From the sequence record SRR2962707_2693: 64,000 nt of DNA; one strand, given 5' to 3'. The translations under genes and the position numbers were made by a program. Shown one piece after another: positions 19,123-28,500 of this stretch. Each line of letters starts with the position of its first letter. The first letter of the stretch is position 1. The notes beneath the pieces were generated by a model. The model had not been told where the DNA came from. It saw nothing but the letters and a program-made list of their open reading frames with translations, and did not search any database.

Positions 19123-19797
19123 ATGACATCGATTGATCCGGACGGCGCCACCGTGTGTGTGATCTGCGACTCCCGCTACGGCAGTACCCTGGCGCTGGCA
19201 CGGGAAATCGCCGAGGGGGCGGGCAGCGGTGGCGCCCGGGTCCGGCTCTGCCGGGTGGAACTGAGTGAGCCGGAATTCAGTGTCGATAGTGAGCGGGCCG
19301 ACTACCGGGAGGCACAACGAATCTATCGTGAACTGCCCCGCGCCACGGCGGACGATTTGCGTTGGGCCAAGGGGATCGTTTGGGGATCGCCTACTCGCTA
19401 CGGCCTGATGAGTACCCCATTACGCGCCTTTATTGACGAAGTGGCCCCGTTGTGGCGGGAAGGCGCTCTGATCGGCAAGGTCGGCGCCGCTTTCACCTCC
19501 ACCGGTGGCATGCATTCAGGTAACGAGATGACGTTGTTGTCTCTGCTGCTCCCATTCATGCAGCACGGGATGATCATTGCCGGTGTACCGCATAGTGTTC
19601 CCGCGCTGGTGCGGACACGTAAGGGCGGCTCCCCCTATGGCGCCTCGGCGGTCACTGGTTTCGATGGCACTTTGTCCGTGGACGATAACGAGAAGGCGAT
19701 TGCCCGCGCGCTGGGGGCGCGGGTGGCGCGACTGGCCGCGCAGGTACGTCCGGAGCCGGCATCGGTGGAACTGGCCGCCGCCAACCGGGAGCCCTGA
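19123..19797 (+). CDS. WrbA-like flavodoxin-fold NAD(P)H:quinone oxidoreductase
   Basis: SRYGST, GSPTRYG, GKVGAAFTSTGG, GGSPYGAS motifs. Confidence 0.88.
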   Translation: MTSIDPDGATVCVICDSRYGSTLALAREIAEGAGSGGARVRLCRVELSEPEFSVDSERADYREAQRIYRELPRATADDLRWAKGIVWGSPTRYGLMSTPLRAFIDEVAPLWREGALIGKVGAAFTSTGGMHSGNEMTLLSLLLPFMQHGMIIAGVPHSVPALVRTRKGGSPYGASAVTGFDGTLSVDDNEKAIARALGARVARLAAQVRPEPASVELAAANREP

Positions 19798-19839
19798 AAA
19801 GGGGCATGCCTCATGCTTCTTTTTGTGGCCGCAAAAAGG

Positions 19840-19863
19840 CGGCACGAAGGTTGCTTGCATACA
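19840..19863 (+). promoter_or_regulatory. Sigma54 promoter abutted by TGCATACA operator
   Basis: CGGCAC-GAAGG-TTGCT followed immediately by TGCATACA. Confidence 0.7.
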
Positions 19864-19905
19864 AAGCCGAGGGCCGATCAACACTTTTTTGTGGAGTCTG
19901 AAATC

Positions 19906-20913
19906 ATGTCATTCGGTTTTTTAAAGCATCTGTTCGGATATCGTCGCACTGGCCTGGGGGTGGTCATGGCGGCGATTGTGGGGAGCGTCGCGGGCGGTGT
20001 TCAAGCCGACGACAAGGTGACCATAGGCACCAGTTGGTACGCGCAGGCGGAGCACGGCGGATTTTATCAGGCCAAAGCCACGGGGATTTACAAGAAGTAC
20101 GGTCTCGACGTGAACATCAAAATGGGTGGGCCCCAAGTGAATGGCCTGCAATTGCTGGTGGCTGGGCAGTACGACTTCACCATGGGGTATCCGATCCGCA
20201 ACATCAATGCGGTGAAGGAGGGGCTCCCGGTAGTGACCGTGGCGGCGACCTTTCAAAAGGACCCCCAGGGACTGATCGCCCATCCGCAGGTGGCATCGCT
20301 GGAAGACGTTAAAGGGCACACCGTGCTGATATCCACTTCGGCGCGCACCACCTACTGGCCCTGGCTGAAAGCTGAATACGGTTTCACCGACGACCAAGCC
20401 AAGCCCTATACCTTCAGTCTGGGTCCCTTCCTGGCCGACAAAGAGCTGGTGCAGCAGGCGTATATCAGCTCCGAGCCTTTCGCCGCGGAAAAGGGTGGCG
20501 TCAAACCGAACATTTTCCTGTTCGCGGATCATGGTTATCCGCCCTATGCGGCGACATTGGAAACCCGCAGGGATCTGGTCGAGGAAAAGCCGGATGTGGT
20601 GCGCCGATTTGTCCAGGCCACCCTGGAAGGCTGGAAGAGTTACCTGCAGGACCCGCAAGCAGGTAATGCCCTGATCAAGAAAGACAATCCGCAAATGACC
20701 GATGAACAACTGGCTTTCGGTATCGAGAAGTTGAAGGAATTCGGCATCGTCACCGGCGGGGATGCGGGGGAGAAGGGCATTGGTTACATGAGCGATGAAC
20801 GCTGGAAGAAGACGTTCGACTTCATGGTGGAAGCGGGCCTGGTCGGTGCCGACGTGGATTACCACAAGGCTTACACCCTGGAATTTCTGCCGCAAACACC
20901 GGTACTTCCCTAG
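19906..20913 (+). CDS. ABC substrate-binding protein, NMT1/THI5-like (paralog 1)
   Basis: Signal peptide; WYAQAEHGGFYQA, GGPQVN motifs. Confidence 0.9.
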   Translation: MSFGFLKHLFGYRRTGLGVVMAAIVGSVAGGVQADDKVTIGTSWYAQAEHGGFYQAKATGIYKKYGLDVNIKMGGPQVNGLQLLVAGQYDFTMGYPIRNINAVKEGLPVVTVAATFQKDPQGLIAHPQVASLEDVKGHTVLISTSARTTYWPWLKAEYGFTDDQAKPYTFSLGPFLADKELVQQAYISSEPFAAEKGGVKPNIFLFADHGYPPYAATLETRRDLVEEKPDVVRRFVQATLEGWKSYLQDPQAGNALIKKDNPQMTDEQLAFGIEKLKEFGIVTGGDAGEKGIGYMSDERWKKTFDFMVEAGLVGADVDYHKAYTLEFLPQTPVLP

Positions 20914-20945
20914 AACACCTGCCTCTGTTGGTGAAAAGGAGAACG

Positions 20946-21962
20946 ATGATGGCATTTTCCCTTAAGGCCTGGACGGGCTTTCCGGCTGAACATCTGCGCG
21001 GGTTTTTGCTGTGCTGCGCTTTATTGATTCCGGCTCTGGCGGTGGCGCAGCAGCCGCTGACCAAGATCACTTTTGGCACCAACTGGTTCGCCCAGGCGGA
21101 ACATGGTGGCTTCTACCAGGCCAAGGCCACCGGAATATATGAGAAGTACGGACTCGATGTGACCATCACAATGGGCGGGCCGCAGGTGAACAATCTGCAG
21201 CTTCTTCTTGCCGGGCGGCAGGATTTCACCATGGGGTATCCGATCCGCAACCTCAATTCGGTGAATCAAAACATGCCCGTGGTGACCGTGGCGGCGCCGT
21301 TCCAAAGCGATCCACAGGCCTTGTTGGCGCACCCTCACGTTAAGTCTCTGGAGGAGATAAAGGGGCAGCCGGTGTACGTCTTCTCCGGCGCGCAACAGAC
21401 ATTCTGGCCCTGGTTGAAGCAACGGTTCGGATTTTCCGACGATATGATCCGCCCCTATACGTTCAGTGTCGCGCCATTCCTGGCGGATAAGAGTGTGGTG
21501 CAACAGGGCTATGTCACTTCCGAGCCATTCGCCATGGAGCAGGGCGGCGTCAAGCCATCCATCTTCCTGTTCGCCGACTACGGCTATCCTCCCTACGCTC
21601 AGACCATCGAAACCACTCGGGAGATGATTGAAAGCAACCCGGAAGTGGTGCGTAAGTTCGTGCAGGCGTCCATGGAGGGTTGGAAAAGTTACTTTGAAAA
21701 TCCGGCGCCGGCCAATGCCCTGATCAAGAAGGATAACCCGGAGATGACCGATGCCCAGATCGCCTTTGGCATTGGCAAGATCAAGGAGTATGGCCTGGTG
21801 GCCGGTGGTGACGCCGCCACCAAAGGGCTCGGAGTGATGACGGATGAACGCTGGAAAGCCACCTTCGACTTCATGGCGAAGGCCGGGTTGGTACCGGAGG
21901 ATATGGACTATAAACAGGCTTATAGCCTGGAATTCCTGCCGAGCCCGCCGGTGATGCCATAA
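20946..21962 (+). CDS. ABC substrate-binding protein, NMT1/THI5-like (paralog 2)
   Basis: WFAQAEHGGFYQA, GGPQVN; colinear with paralog 1. Confidence 0.9.
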   Translation: MMAFSLKAWTGFPAEHLRGFLLCCALLIPALAVAQQPLTKITFGTNWFAQAEHGGFYQAKATGIYEKYGLDVTITMGGPQVNNLQLLLAGRQDFTMGYPIRNLNSVNQNMPVVTVAAPFQSDPQALLAHPHVKSLEEIKGQPVYVFSGAQQTFWPWLKQRFGFSDDMIRPYTFSVAPFLADKSVVQQGYVTSEPFAMEQGGVKPSIFLFADYGYPPYAQTIETTREMIESNPEVVRKFVQASMEGWKSYFENPAPANALIKKDNPEMTDAQIAFGIGKIKEYGLVAGGDAATKGLGVMTDERWKATFDFMAKAGLVPEDMDYKQAYSLEFLPSPPVMP

Positions 21963-21973
21963 CCGGGTTCCGA

Positions 21974-21993
21974 TGGCACGGTAACTGCATACA
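21974..21993 (+). promoter_or_regulatory. Sigma54 promoter overlapped by TGCATACA operator
   Basis: TGGCAC-GGTAA-CTGCA with TGCATACA sharing the -12 element. Confidence 0.65.
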
Positions 21994-22182
21994 TTTCTTT
22001 CGATAACGGTATACCGCTTTGTGTCCATGGTGGCGAGGCGCAAAGCGGTGCACGACTCTCGCCACCCTGATCAGAGGACAAGCCGGCCCTGGGGTAATGG
22101 GCGGGGGCTGCCTCGCCTGGGCCCGCTGCCGTTACGGCAGTGCTACCGGACGTGGAGCGGGCCCCAACTGGAGAGACTGGCC

Positions 22183-23229
22183 ATGCTTGCAACTCAACAA
22201 CCCGTACTGCGTCGTTTTTGGTATCCGGTGATGCCACTGGAACAACTTGACGATGGCCCCAAGCCCTTCCGGCTGATGAACGAAGAGCTGGTGCTGTGGC
22301 TCGATTCCGAAGGCAAACCGCACGCCGCTGAGGACTGCTGCGCGCACCGTACCGCGCGTTTATCCCTGGGCTGGGTGGAGGGCGACAACATTGTTTGCCC
22401 CTATCACGGTTGGACCTATGACGGCGGTGGCGGCTGTGTCCGTATTCCGCAGACGCCTGATCGCCCTGCCGGCCGTGCCAAGGTCCGTGCCTTCAACGCC
22501 GAGGCTCGTTACGGCTACGTGTGGGTGTGCCTCGGTGATCCGCTAACCGATATTCCTCACATGCCAGAGGCGGACGAGCCCGGTTACCGCGTGATCCATC
22601 AGTTTTATGAAGTCTGGCGCACCGCCGGCCTGCGTCTGATGGAGAATTCCTTCGACAATGCTCACTTCAGCTTCGTGCATCGGGAGAGCTTCGGCCAGTT
22701 CGACAAGCCGATCCCGGCCAAGCTCAACATCGTCGAGGAGGACTTTGGCTTTCGCTTTGAAACCGTGGCGCCGGTGAACAACCCGCCGTTGCAGAAAAAG
22801 CTGTTGAAGATGGACAGCGATACCACCGAGCGGCACATGACCAGCAACTGGTTCATGCCGTTCGGTCGCAAGCTCAATATCCGTTACCCCAACGGGCTGG
22901 TGCACGCGATCATCACCTACGCCACGCCAATCGACGATGAGCACTCCATGATCTGTCAGTGGGCTTATCGCAGCGACTCCGAGGCGGACGCGCCGGCGGA
23001 GCAGATCATCGCTTTCGATCGTCAGGTGACCGAAGAGGACAAAAGGGTTCTGGAAAGCACCGAGTACGACGCGCCCCTGGATACCGCCAGTGGCGAGGAA
23101 CGTCATATGCCTTCCGATCAGCCGGGCATGGTGATGCGCAAAATGCTGTTGGCGTTGCTGGCCCGCTTTGGAGAGGAAGAAGCACGCATTTCTGGGGCCC
23201 GCATTCCGATGAAGGAAAAGGCCTCATGA
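22183..23229 (+). CDS. Rieske non-heme iron oxygenase (VanA/NdmA/HpxD-like fold)
   Basis: CAHR...CPYHGW Rieske motif; ENSFDNAHFSFVH mononuclear Fe motif; GGAGAG RBS. Confidence 0.92.
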   Translation: MLATQQPVLRRFWYPVMPLEQLDDGPKPFRLMNEELVLWLDSEGKPHAAEDCCAHRTARLSLGWVEGDNIVCPYHGWTYDGGGGCVRIPQTPDRPAGRAKVRAFNAEARYGYVWVCLGDPLTDIPHMPEADEPGYRVIHQFYEVWRTAGLRLMENSFDNAHFSFVHRESFGQFDKPIPAKLNIVEEDFGFRFETVAPVNNPPLQKKLLKMDSDTTERHMTSNWFMPFGRKLNIRYPNGLVHAIITYATPIDDEHSMICQWAYRSDSEADAPAEQIIAFDRQVTEEDKRVLESTEYDAPLDTASGEERHMPSDQPGMVMRKMLLALLARFGEEEARISGARIPMKEKAS

Positions 23230-24587
23230 GCGACCTGCTGATTCGTGGCGCCGAAGCGGTGATGACCGGACTGCCCGGGGATCAGGCCCGGGCGGGAGCG
23301 GTGGACCTGCGTATCCGTGACGGTGTGATTCACGAGATGGCGGCGGGGTTGATCCCCGCCGCCGATGAACGGGTAATCGAAGCGCGCGGCTGCGTGGTCT
23401 ATCCGGGTTGGGTCAACACCCATCACCACCTGTTCCAGAGTCTGCTGAAAGCGGTGCCGGAAGGTATCAACGAACCGCTGTTCGGCTGGCTCGGCGCGGT
23501 GCCTTATCCGCGCCTCACCCGTATCCGTGACCATCATCTGGAAACCGCGGCGATGGTGGGGTTGGCGGAACTGTTACTCTCCGGCACCTCCACCTGTGCC
23601 GACCACCATTACATCTACTACGCCGGCCTCGACAGTGAGATGGGGGATGTGCTGTTCGAGGTGGCGGACCGTTTGGGATTGCGATTCGTATTGTGCCGTG
23701 GCGGCGCCACGGAGAAAGGGCGGCACCCGGGCTATCCCAACAATCTGGAATCGGAGAGTGTCGACGACATCATCAACGATGTGCAGCGGCTGCGCGAACG
23801 CTATCACCAGGTGGGGGCCAACCCCATGCGGCAGGTGGTGATGGCGCCGACCACGCCGACCTTTTCGGTGAATCCCGCGGTGCTCAGGGAGTTGGCCCGG
23901 GCCGCCCGATCCATGGGGGTTCGGCTGCACAGTCATCTGTCGGAGACTCGGGACTACGTTACCTACTGCCGGGAAGTGCACGGCATGACGCCGGTGCAAT
24001 TCTGCGCCGAGAACGAATGGCTCGGAGAGGACGTGTGGTTCGCCCATATGGTTCATGTGGCGGACGATGAACTGCCGTTGTTGCTGCAAACCGGCACAGG
24101 GATTGCCCATTGCCCGCAAAGCAACTGCCGGCTGGGCAGCGGTATCGCCCGTGCTCCGGAGATGTCGCGCCTGGGTATTCCGGTATCGCTGGCGGTGGAT
24201 GGCGCTGCCTCCAATGAGGCCGCCGACATGATCCAGGAAGCGCATCTGGCCTGGATGGTGCACCGCGCCCAGGGAGGCGCCGACGCTGTCACCGCCGAAG
24301 AAGTGATCGAATGGGGCACGCGAGGCGGGGCCCGGGTGCTGGGACTGGACGGCATCGGCACTTTGAGTGTCGGCAGTGCCGCGGATCTGGCGATTTACGA
24401 TCTGGACCAGCCCCGCTACTTCGGCGTGCACGATGTGGCGGTGGCTCCGGTGTGCGCCGGGGGAACCGCATCGTTGCGCTACCTGTTGGTGAACGGAAAA
24501 CCGGTGGTGGAGAACGGGGTTATTCCGGGCCTGGATATGGAGGCGTTGCGGGAGCAGGCCGCCAGGGCCACGGCGGAGTTGCATTGA
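23226..24587 (+). CDS. Amidohydrolase, isoxanthopterin-deaminase-like (PTT motif)
   Basis: PGWVNTHHHLFQ, MAPTTP, HSHLSE, WFAH, AVDGAASNE motifs. Confidence 0.75.
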   Translation: MSDLLIRGAEAVMTGLPGDQARAGAVDLRIRDGVIHEMAAGLIPAADERVIEARGCVVYPGWVNTHHHLFQSLLKAVPEGINEPLFGWLGAVPYPRLTRIRDHHLETAAMVGLAELLLSGTSTCADHHYIYYAGLDSEMGDVLFEVADRLGLRFVLCRGGATEKGRHPGYPNNLESESVDDIINDVQRLRERYHQVGANPMRQVVMAPTTPTFSVNPAVLRELARAARSMGVRLHSHLSETRDYVTYCREVHGMTPVQFCAENEWLGEDVWFAHMVHVADDELPLLLQTGTGIAHCPQSNCRLGSGIARAPEMSRLGIPVSLAVDGAASNEAADMIQEAHLAWMVHRAQGGADAVTAEEVIEWGTRGGARVLGLDGIGTLSVGSAADLAIYDLDQPRYFGVHDVAVAPVCAGGTASLRYLLVNGKPVVENGVIPGLDMEALREQAARATAELH

Positions 24588-25804
24588 TGAAGCGGATGCC
24601 GCAAGCGCCTCCGATAAGACCTCCGGCGCTGTGGTGGCTGGTGCTGATGGTGCTGCTGGCGGGCCTCAATCTGCGCCCGTTGCTGACCACGCTCGGAACC
24701 AATCTGGAATTGATCCGGGTGGACCTGGGATTGTCCAGCACTCTGATCGGTGCCCTGGCGGCGATCCCTACACTTTGCATGGGGCTGGTCTCCCTGGCCG
24801 GTGGTTGGGTGATCACCCGGCTCGGTGTCGGTGCCGGTATGCGCCTGGCGTTGTTGCTGATCGCGGTGGGCTGTGTCCTGCGCTGGGCTGGTGACTGGTT
24901 GCCGATGCTGGCTTTGGCGACGGCACTGGCGGGATTGGGGATTGCCTGTGGCCAGGTACTGATCCCCGTGGTGATCAAACGCTATTTCCCTTCCCGGGCG
25001 GCGTTGATGATGGGGGGCTACACCACTGCCATGAATCTGGGCGCGGCCCTTGGGGCCCTCGCCGCGCCTCTGGCGATCAGCACCCTGGGTTCCTGGCAGG
25101 CGTCGCTGGCGATCTGGGCATTGCCCGCCTTGCTGGCGGCGCTGCTGTGGCCCGGCCGCCTTAGGGTATTCACCGAAGACGGCCCGGCCGGCGTACCCTG
25201 GCGCAGTGCTCTTGGGTGGCGAATGGCGTTATTTCTGGGAACCGGTTCACTGGCCTACATGACGTTACTAGCGTGGCTGGTGCCGCTCTATATGGCTCTT
25301 GGCCTGACTCAGGAACAGGGTGGCGCCATGTTGGTGGCCTATACCGCGGCGCAAATCGCTGGCGCTTTGCTGGTGCCGCCCGTGGCGCAGTTGCAACCGG
25401 ACCGGAGGCCGGCCTTGGCACTGACTTTGGCTCTGCTGTCGCTGGGACTGGCTGGTTTATGTTGGGCGCCAACCTGGGGCGGCGCCAGTTGGGTGGTGCT
25501 GGCCGGGTTCGGGTTGGGTGGCTCCTTTCCCCTCGCGTTGACACTGCCGCTCGATTACGCCCATACGCCGACGGAAGCTGGCCGGCTTTCCGCCATGGTG
25601 CTGGGGTTCGGCATGCTGATGGGGTCGTTCGGACCTTTGTTGTTCGGGGTGTTGCGGGATGGCTTTGGCTTTTCCGCGGCGCTGATCTTTTTACTGCTGG
25701 CCACGGTGGCTTCGTTCCTGCTCGGCCTGACGTTCCGCCCGCCGAACAGGGACCGGAGCGGAACCGGCCCACTGACCGTTGATGTAAAGGAGATATCCCC
25801 GTGA
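24587..25804 (+). CDS. MFS transporter, CynX/NimT family
   Basis: LAGLNLRP N-terminal signature, about 12 hydrophobic segments. Confidence 0.88.
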   Translation: MKRMPQAPPIRPPALWWLVLMVLLAGLNLRPLLTTLGTNLELIRVDLGLSSTLIGALAAIPTLCMGLVSLAGGWVITRLGVGAGMRLALLLIAVGCVLRWAGDWLPMLALATALAGLGIACGQVLIPVVIKRYFPSRAALMMGGYTTAMNLGAALGALAAPLAISTLGSWQASLAIWALPALLAALLWPGRLRVFTEDGPAGVPWRSALGWRMALFLGTGSLAYMTLLAWLVPLYMALGLTQEQGGAMLVAYTAAQIAGALLVPPVAQLQPDRRPALALTLALLSLGLAGLCWAPTWGGASWVVLAGFGLGGSFPLALTLPLDYAHTPTEAGRLSAMVLGFGMLMGSFGPLLFGVLRDGFGFSAALIFLLLATVASFLLGLTFRPPNRDRSGTGPLTVDVKEISP

Positions 25805-26793
25805 ATGTTATGGAGCACGCGGTATTTCGCCGGTTCTGGTACCCCGTTATGCCGATGTCGGAACTGAAACAGGGGCCACGAAGGTTCGAGTTGCTCGGCC
25901 AGGCGCTGGCATTGTTTCTCGATGACGACGGCGTTCCGGCGGCACTGGAAGACCGGTGCTGTCATCGTACCGCCCGCTTGTCCCTTGGCGAAGTTTGTGA
26001 CAATGCCATTGCCTGTCCTTATCACGGCTGGCGCTACAACCGGGAAGGACAATGTGTTCTGGTGCCGCAGATGCCGGATCGTGATCCGGGGCCGAAACGC
26101 CGGGTCAAAGCGTTCTCCTGCCGGGAAAAATACGGCTACGCCTGGGTGGCGCTGGAGCAGCCCTTGTTCGACATTCCGGATTTCCCCGAGGCGGTGGACG
26201 ATAGCTTTGTCCTGATCCACGAGTTTTATGAGGAGTGGCGGGTTTCCGGTCTGCGGGTGATGGAGAACGAGCTGGACATGGCTCACCCCAGTTACGTGCA
26301 TCTGGGCACCTTCGGCAGCCCCGAACATCTGGTGGCCGAGGACGCGAAGATCGAAGAGTTTCCCGGTGGTTTTCACTATACCGGCCGATTGGGGGTCAAG
26401 CAGGCCCATCACGCCCAGGATCGCAATAATGAGCGCTTCCTGGATTGCAGTTGGTATGCCCCCTTTATTTGCCGGTTGCGTATCAACTATGCCGACGGTC
26501 CCGCCCACGTGATCATCAATTGCCAGGTACCGCTGGCCCATAACCGTTCACAGGTGGTGCAGTTTTGTTTTCAGGAAGATGATGGAACCGGTATTGATGA
26601 AGCCGCGATCCTGGCGTTTGACCGCAAGGTGACTCTGGAGGATAAGCACGTGCTTGAAAGCACCGACGCGGATGTGCCTCTGGACCCTCGTGATGAGCGG
26701 CACATGGTGTCGGACAAGCCGGGGCTGGTGATGCGGCGCATAATTCAGGCCTTAATAGAGGATCACGAAACGCGGGCGGTTACGTTTCAGTAG
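25801..26793 (+). CDS. Rieske non-heme iron oxygenase (paralog 2)
   Basis: CCHR...CPYHGW; ENELDMAHPSYVH; colinear with the 22183 protein. Confidence 0.92.
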   Translation: MNVMEHAVFRRFWYPVMPMSELKQGPRRFELLGQALALFLDDDGVPAALEDRCCHRTARLSLGEVCDNAIACPYHGWRYNREGQCVLVPQMPDRDPGPKRRVKAFSCREKYGYAWVALEQPLFDIPDFPEAVDDSFVLIHEFYEEWRVSGLRVMENELDMAHPSYVHLGTFGSPEHLVAEDAKIEEFPGGFHYTGRLGVKQAHHAQDRNNERFLDCSWYAPFICRLRINYADGPAHVIINCQVPLAHNRSQVVQFCFQEDDGTGIDEAAILAFDRKVTLEDKHVLESTDADVPLDPRDERHMVSDKPGLVMRRIIQALIEDHETRAVTFQ

Positions 26794-26817
26794 TCTTTAC
26801 ACTGCCTTATTTTCTTT

Positions 26818-26843
26818 AACCGGGGTATGCCCCGGTTTTTTTT
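26818..26843 (+). terminator. Rho-independent terminator
   Basis: AACCGGGG-TATG-CCCCGGTT followed by a T-run. Confidence 0.88.
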
Positions 26844-27095
26844 GGGCTGGAAAAAAGCTGAAAGATTCATGAGGGCTCTGGCGGTTGACGGAAGTAACGA
26901 TGCCTTTTTGTATGCACGGCGAACTAAAAAAGGTATCGGTTGTGGGCGCGAAAGGAAATGAAAAAGCCCTATGGTGGGGCGAAATAATCGGCGCCTTGCC
27001 CTTTTAGAGCGCGCCTTTGGTTTTTTCCGTCAGGTTAATAAAAAAGAAAAAAATAGAATTTGAATAAGCCGTTGTTTTTCCTCGTTAAATCCTTG

Positions 27096-27134
27096 TGGCA
27101 TGCATTTTGAAAGGTTTTCGCTGTTCTGTATGCA
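27096..27134 (+). promoter_or_regulatory. Candidate sigma54 promoter with downstream TGTATGCA box
   Basis: TGGCAT-GCATT-TTGAA (imperfect -12) after an AT-rich tract; TGTATGCA at 27127-27134 and also at 26909-26916. Confidence 0.45.
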
Positions 27135-27348
27135 AGACCGATTCGGTTGCGCATGGAACGGGGTTCGGCGCCGTTGTGTTGAGGGGCCGGCACATTGCTC
27201 TAGGGGAACGAAGAGCATTTTAGGTATCGGACACCAGCCATAGGGAGGCAGGTGCGGTCACGGGAACGGTGAAACCTTCGGGATCATCGGATGCCCACCG
27301 GCCTCATGAGTGGCGGGTATGTCCTGGCTGATTTAACGAGGAATAGAC

Positions 27349-28407
27349 GTGAAACTGAAGAAGCAAGCTGCAATCGTTCTGGGTGCCGCCGCGCTGATGT
27401 CCGCCGCCGGGCCAGTGTCCGCCGAGGCGAAAGTCTCGTTCTATGGTCTGCTCGATCTCTGGGCGGGTAGCGCGGGTAACAAAACCACGGGGGATGACAC
27501 TCTCAAGATGGACGCGGGGGGAATGGCCACCTCGTTCCTGGGTTTCAAAGCCAGTATGGATTTGACGCCGGGGATTACCGGTATCGCCGCCGCCGAGATG
27601 TTTTTCCGCCCGGATAACGCCGAAGACGGACGCTATGGTGGTGACGAATTCTTTGCTCGCAGTGCTTATATAGGCGCCACCGGCGATTTCGGTACTCTCA
27701 AGGCCGGACGAAACACCGCGCCGTACTACCTGCCAGTGGTGTTCAGCAACTCGCTGGGAGGCTCCTTCACCTTTTCTCCCTCCATCCTGCATTCCTTCCA
27801 GGGGGGTAACTACGGACCGATCATGGGGGACTCTGGCTGGAGTAACTCCCTGGCCTACACCACTCCGGAGATGGGCGGTCTGACCGCCACTCTTATGTAT
27901 GCCTTCGGTGAAGAAGAAGACGAACACGGCGAGAACAAAGTCGGCGGTAACGCGGTTTACCGCAATGGCAAGTTCATGGCCACCGTCGCCGCGCACAGTG
28001 TCAAACAGGGCGCTCTTGCCGTCGGTGATGTCAGTGCCGGCGAGTACGGCGCCATTCCGGACGCCACCGATCAGGATGCGGTGATGGTCGGGGTCGCCTA
28101 CGACTTCGACATCTTCAAACTGTTTGCCCAGTACCAGAACCTGGCCACCGATACCCTCAATGGTGACGTGGACACCGATACCTATGTCTTCAGCTTCGCG
28201 GTGCCGGCGGGTGGTGGTTCGGTGCTCGGTTCCTACGGTTACTCCGATTTCACCGGAGCCTGGGAGACGGAGCGCGACACCTGGTCCGTGGCTTACAGCT
28301 ATCCGCTGGCCAAGCAGTTGGACCTGTATGCCGTCTTCATGCATGACGACGTTGAGATCATTGGCGATGCCGATAGTTACGGCGTGGGGGCCCAGTTCCG
28401 CTTCTGA
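27349..28407 (+). CDS. Gram-negative (trimeric-type) porin
   Basis: Signal peptide, VSFYGLLD first strand, FGTLKAGR, C-terminal GAQFRF. Confidence 0.88.
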   Translation: MKLKKQAAIVLGAAALMSAAGPVSAEAKVSFYGLLDLWAGSAGNKTTGDDTLKMDAGGMATSFLGFKASMDLTPGITGIAAAEMFFRPDNAEDGRYGGDEFFARSAYIGATGDFGTLKAGRNTAPYYLPVVFSNSLGGSFTFSPSILHSFQGGNYGPIMGDSGWSNSLAYTTPEMGGLTATLMYAFGEEEDEHGENKVGGNAVYRNGKFMATVAAHSVKQGALAVGDVSAGEYGAIPDATDQDAVMVGVAYDFDIFKLFAQYQNLATDTLNGDVDTDTYVFSFAVPAGGGSVLGSYGYSDFTGAWETERDTWSVAYSYPLAKQLDLYAVFMHDDVEIIGDADSYGVGAQFRF

Positions 28408-28500
28408 TCGCCTTGAGCGTCTCGTCTTGGGGCTTCGTTGCCCCTCTGCATCGTGGCCCCAAGGCGAGCTCTTTTTCAACAGCGAATGCGAGGTCGTGTC

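Noticed and set aside
19921-22043. Two long minus-strand ORFs resembling each other
   Set aside because: Antisense to the duplicated binding-protein genes; the similarity is inherited from the sense strand.
22126-22155. Resemblance of GGCA…CTACCGG to a purine riboswitch core, and a search for a xanthine (NMT1) riboswitch
   Set aside because: The loop-loop elements and spacing of the purine aptamer are missing, and I could not find the NMT1 conserved core in any leader by eye.
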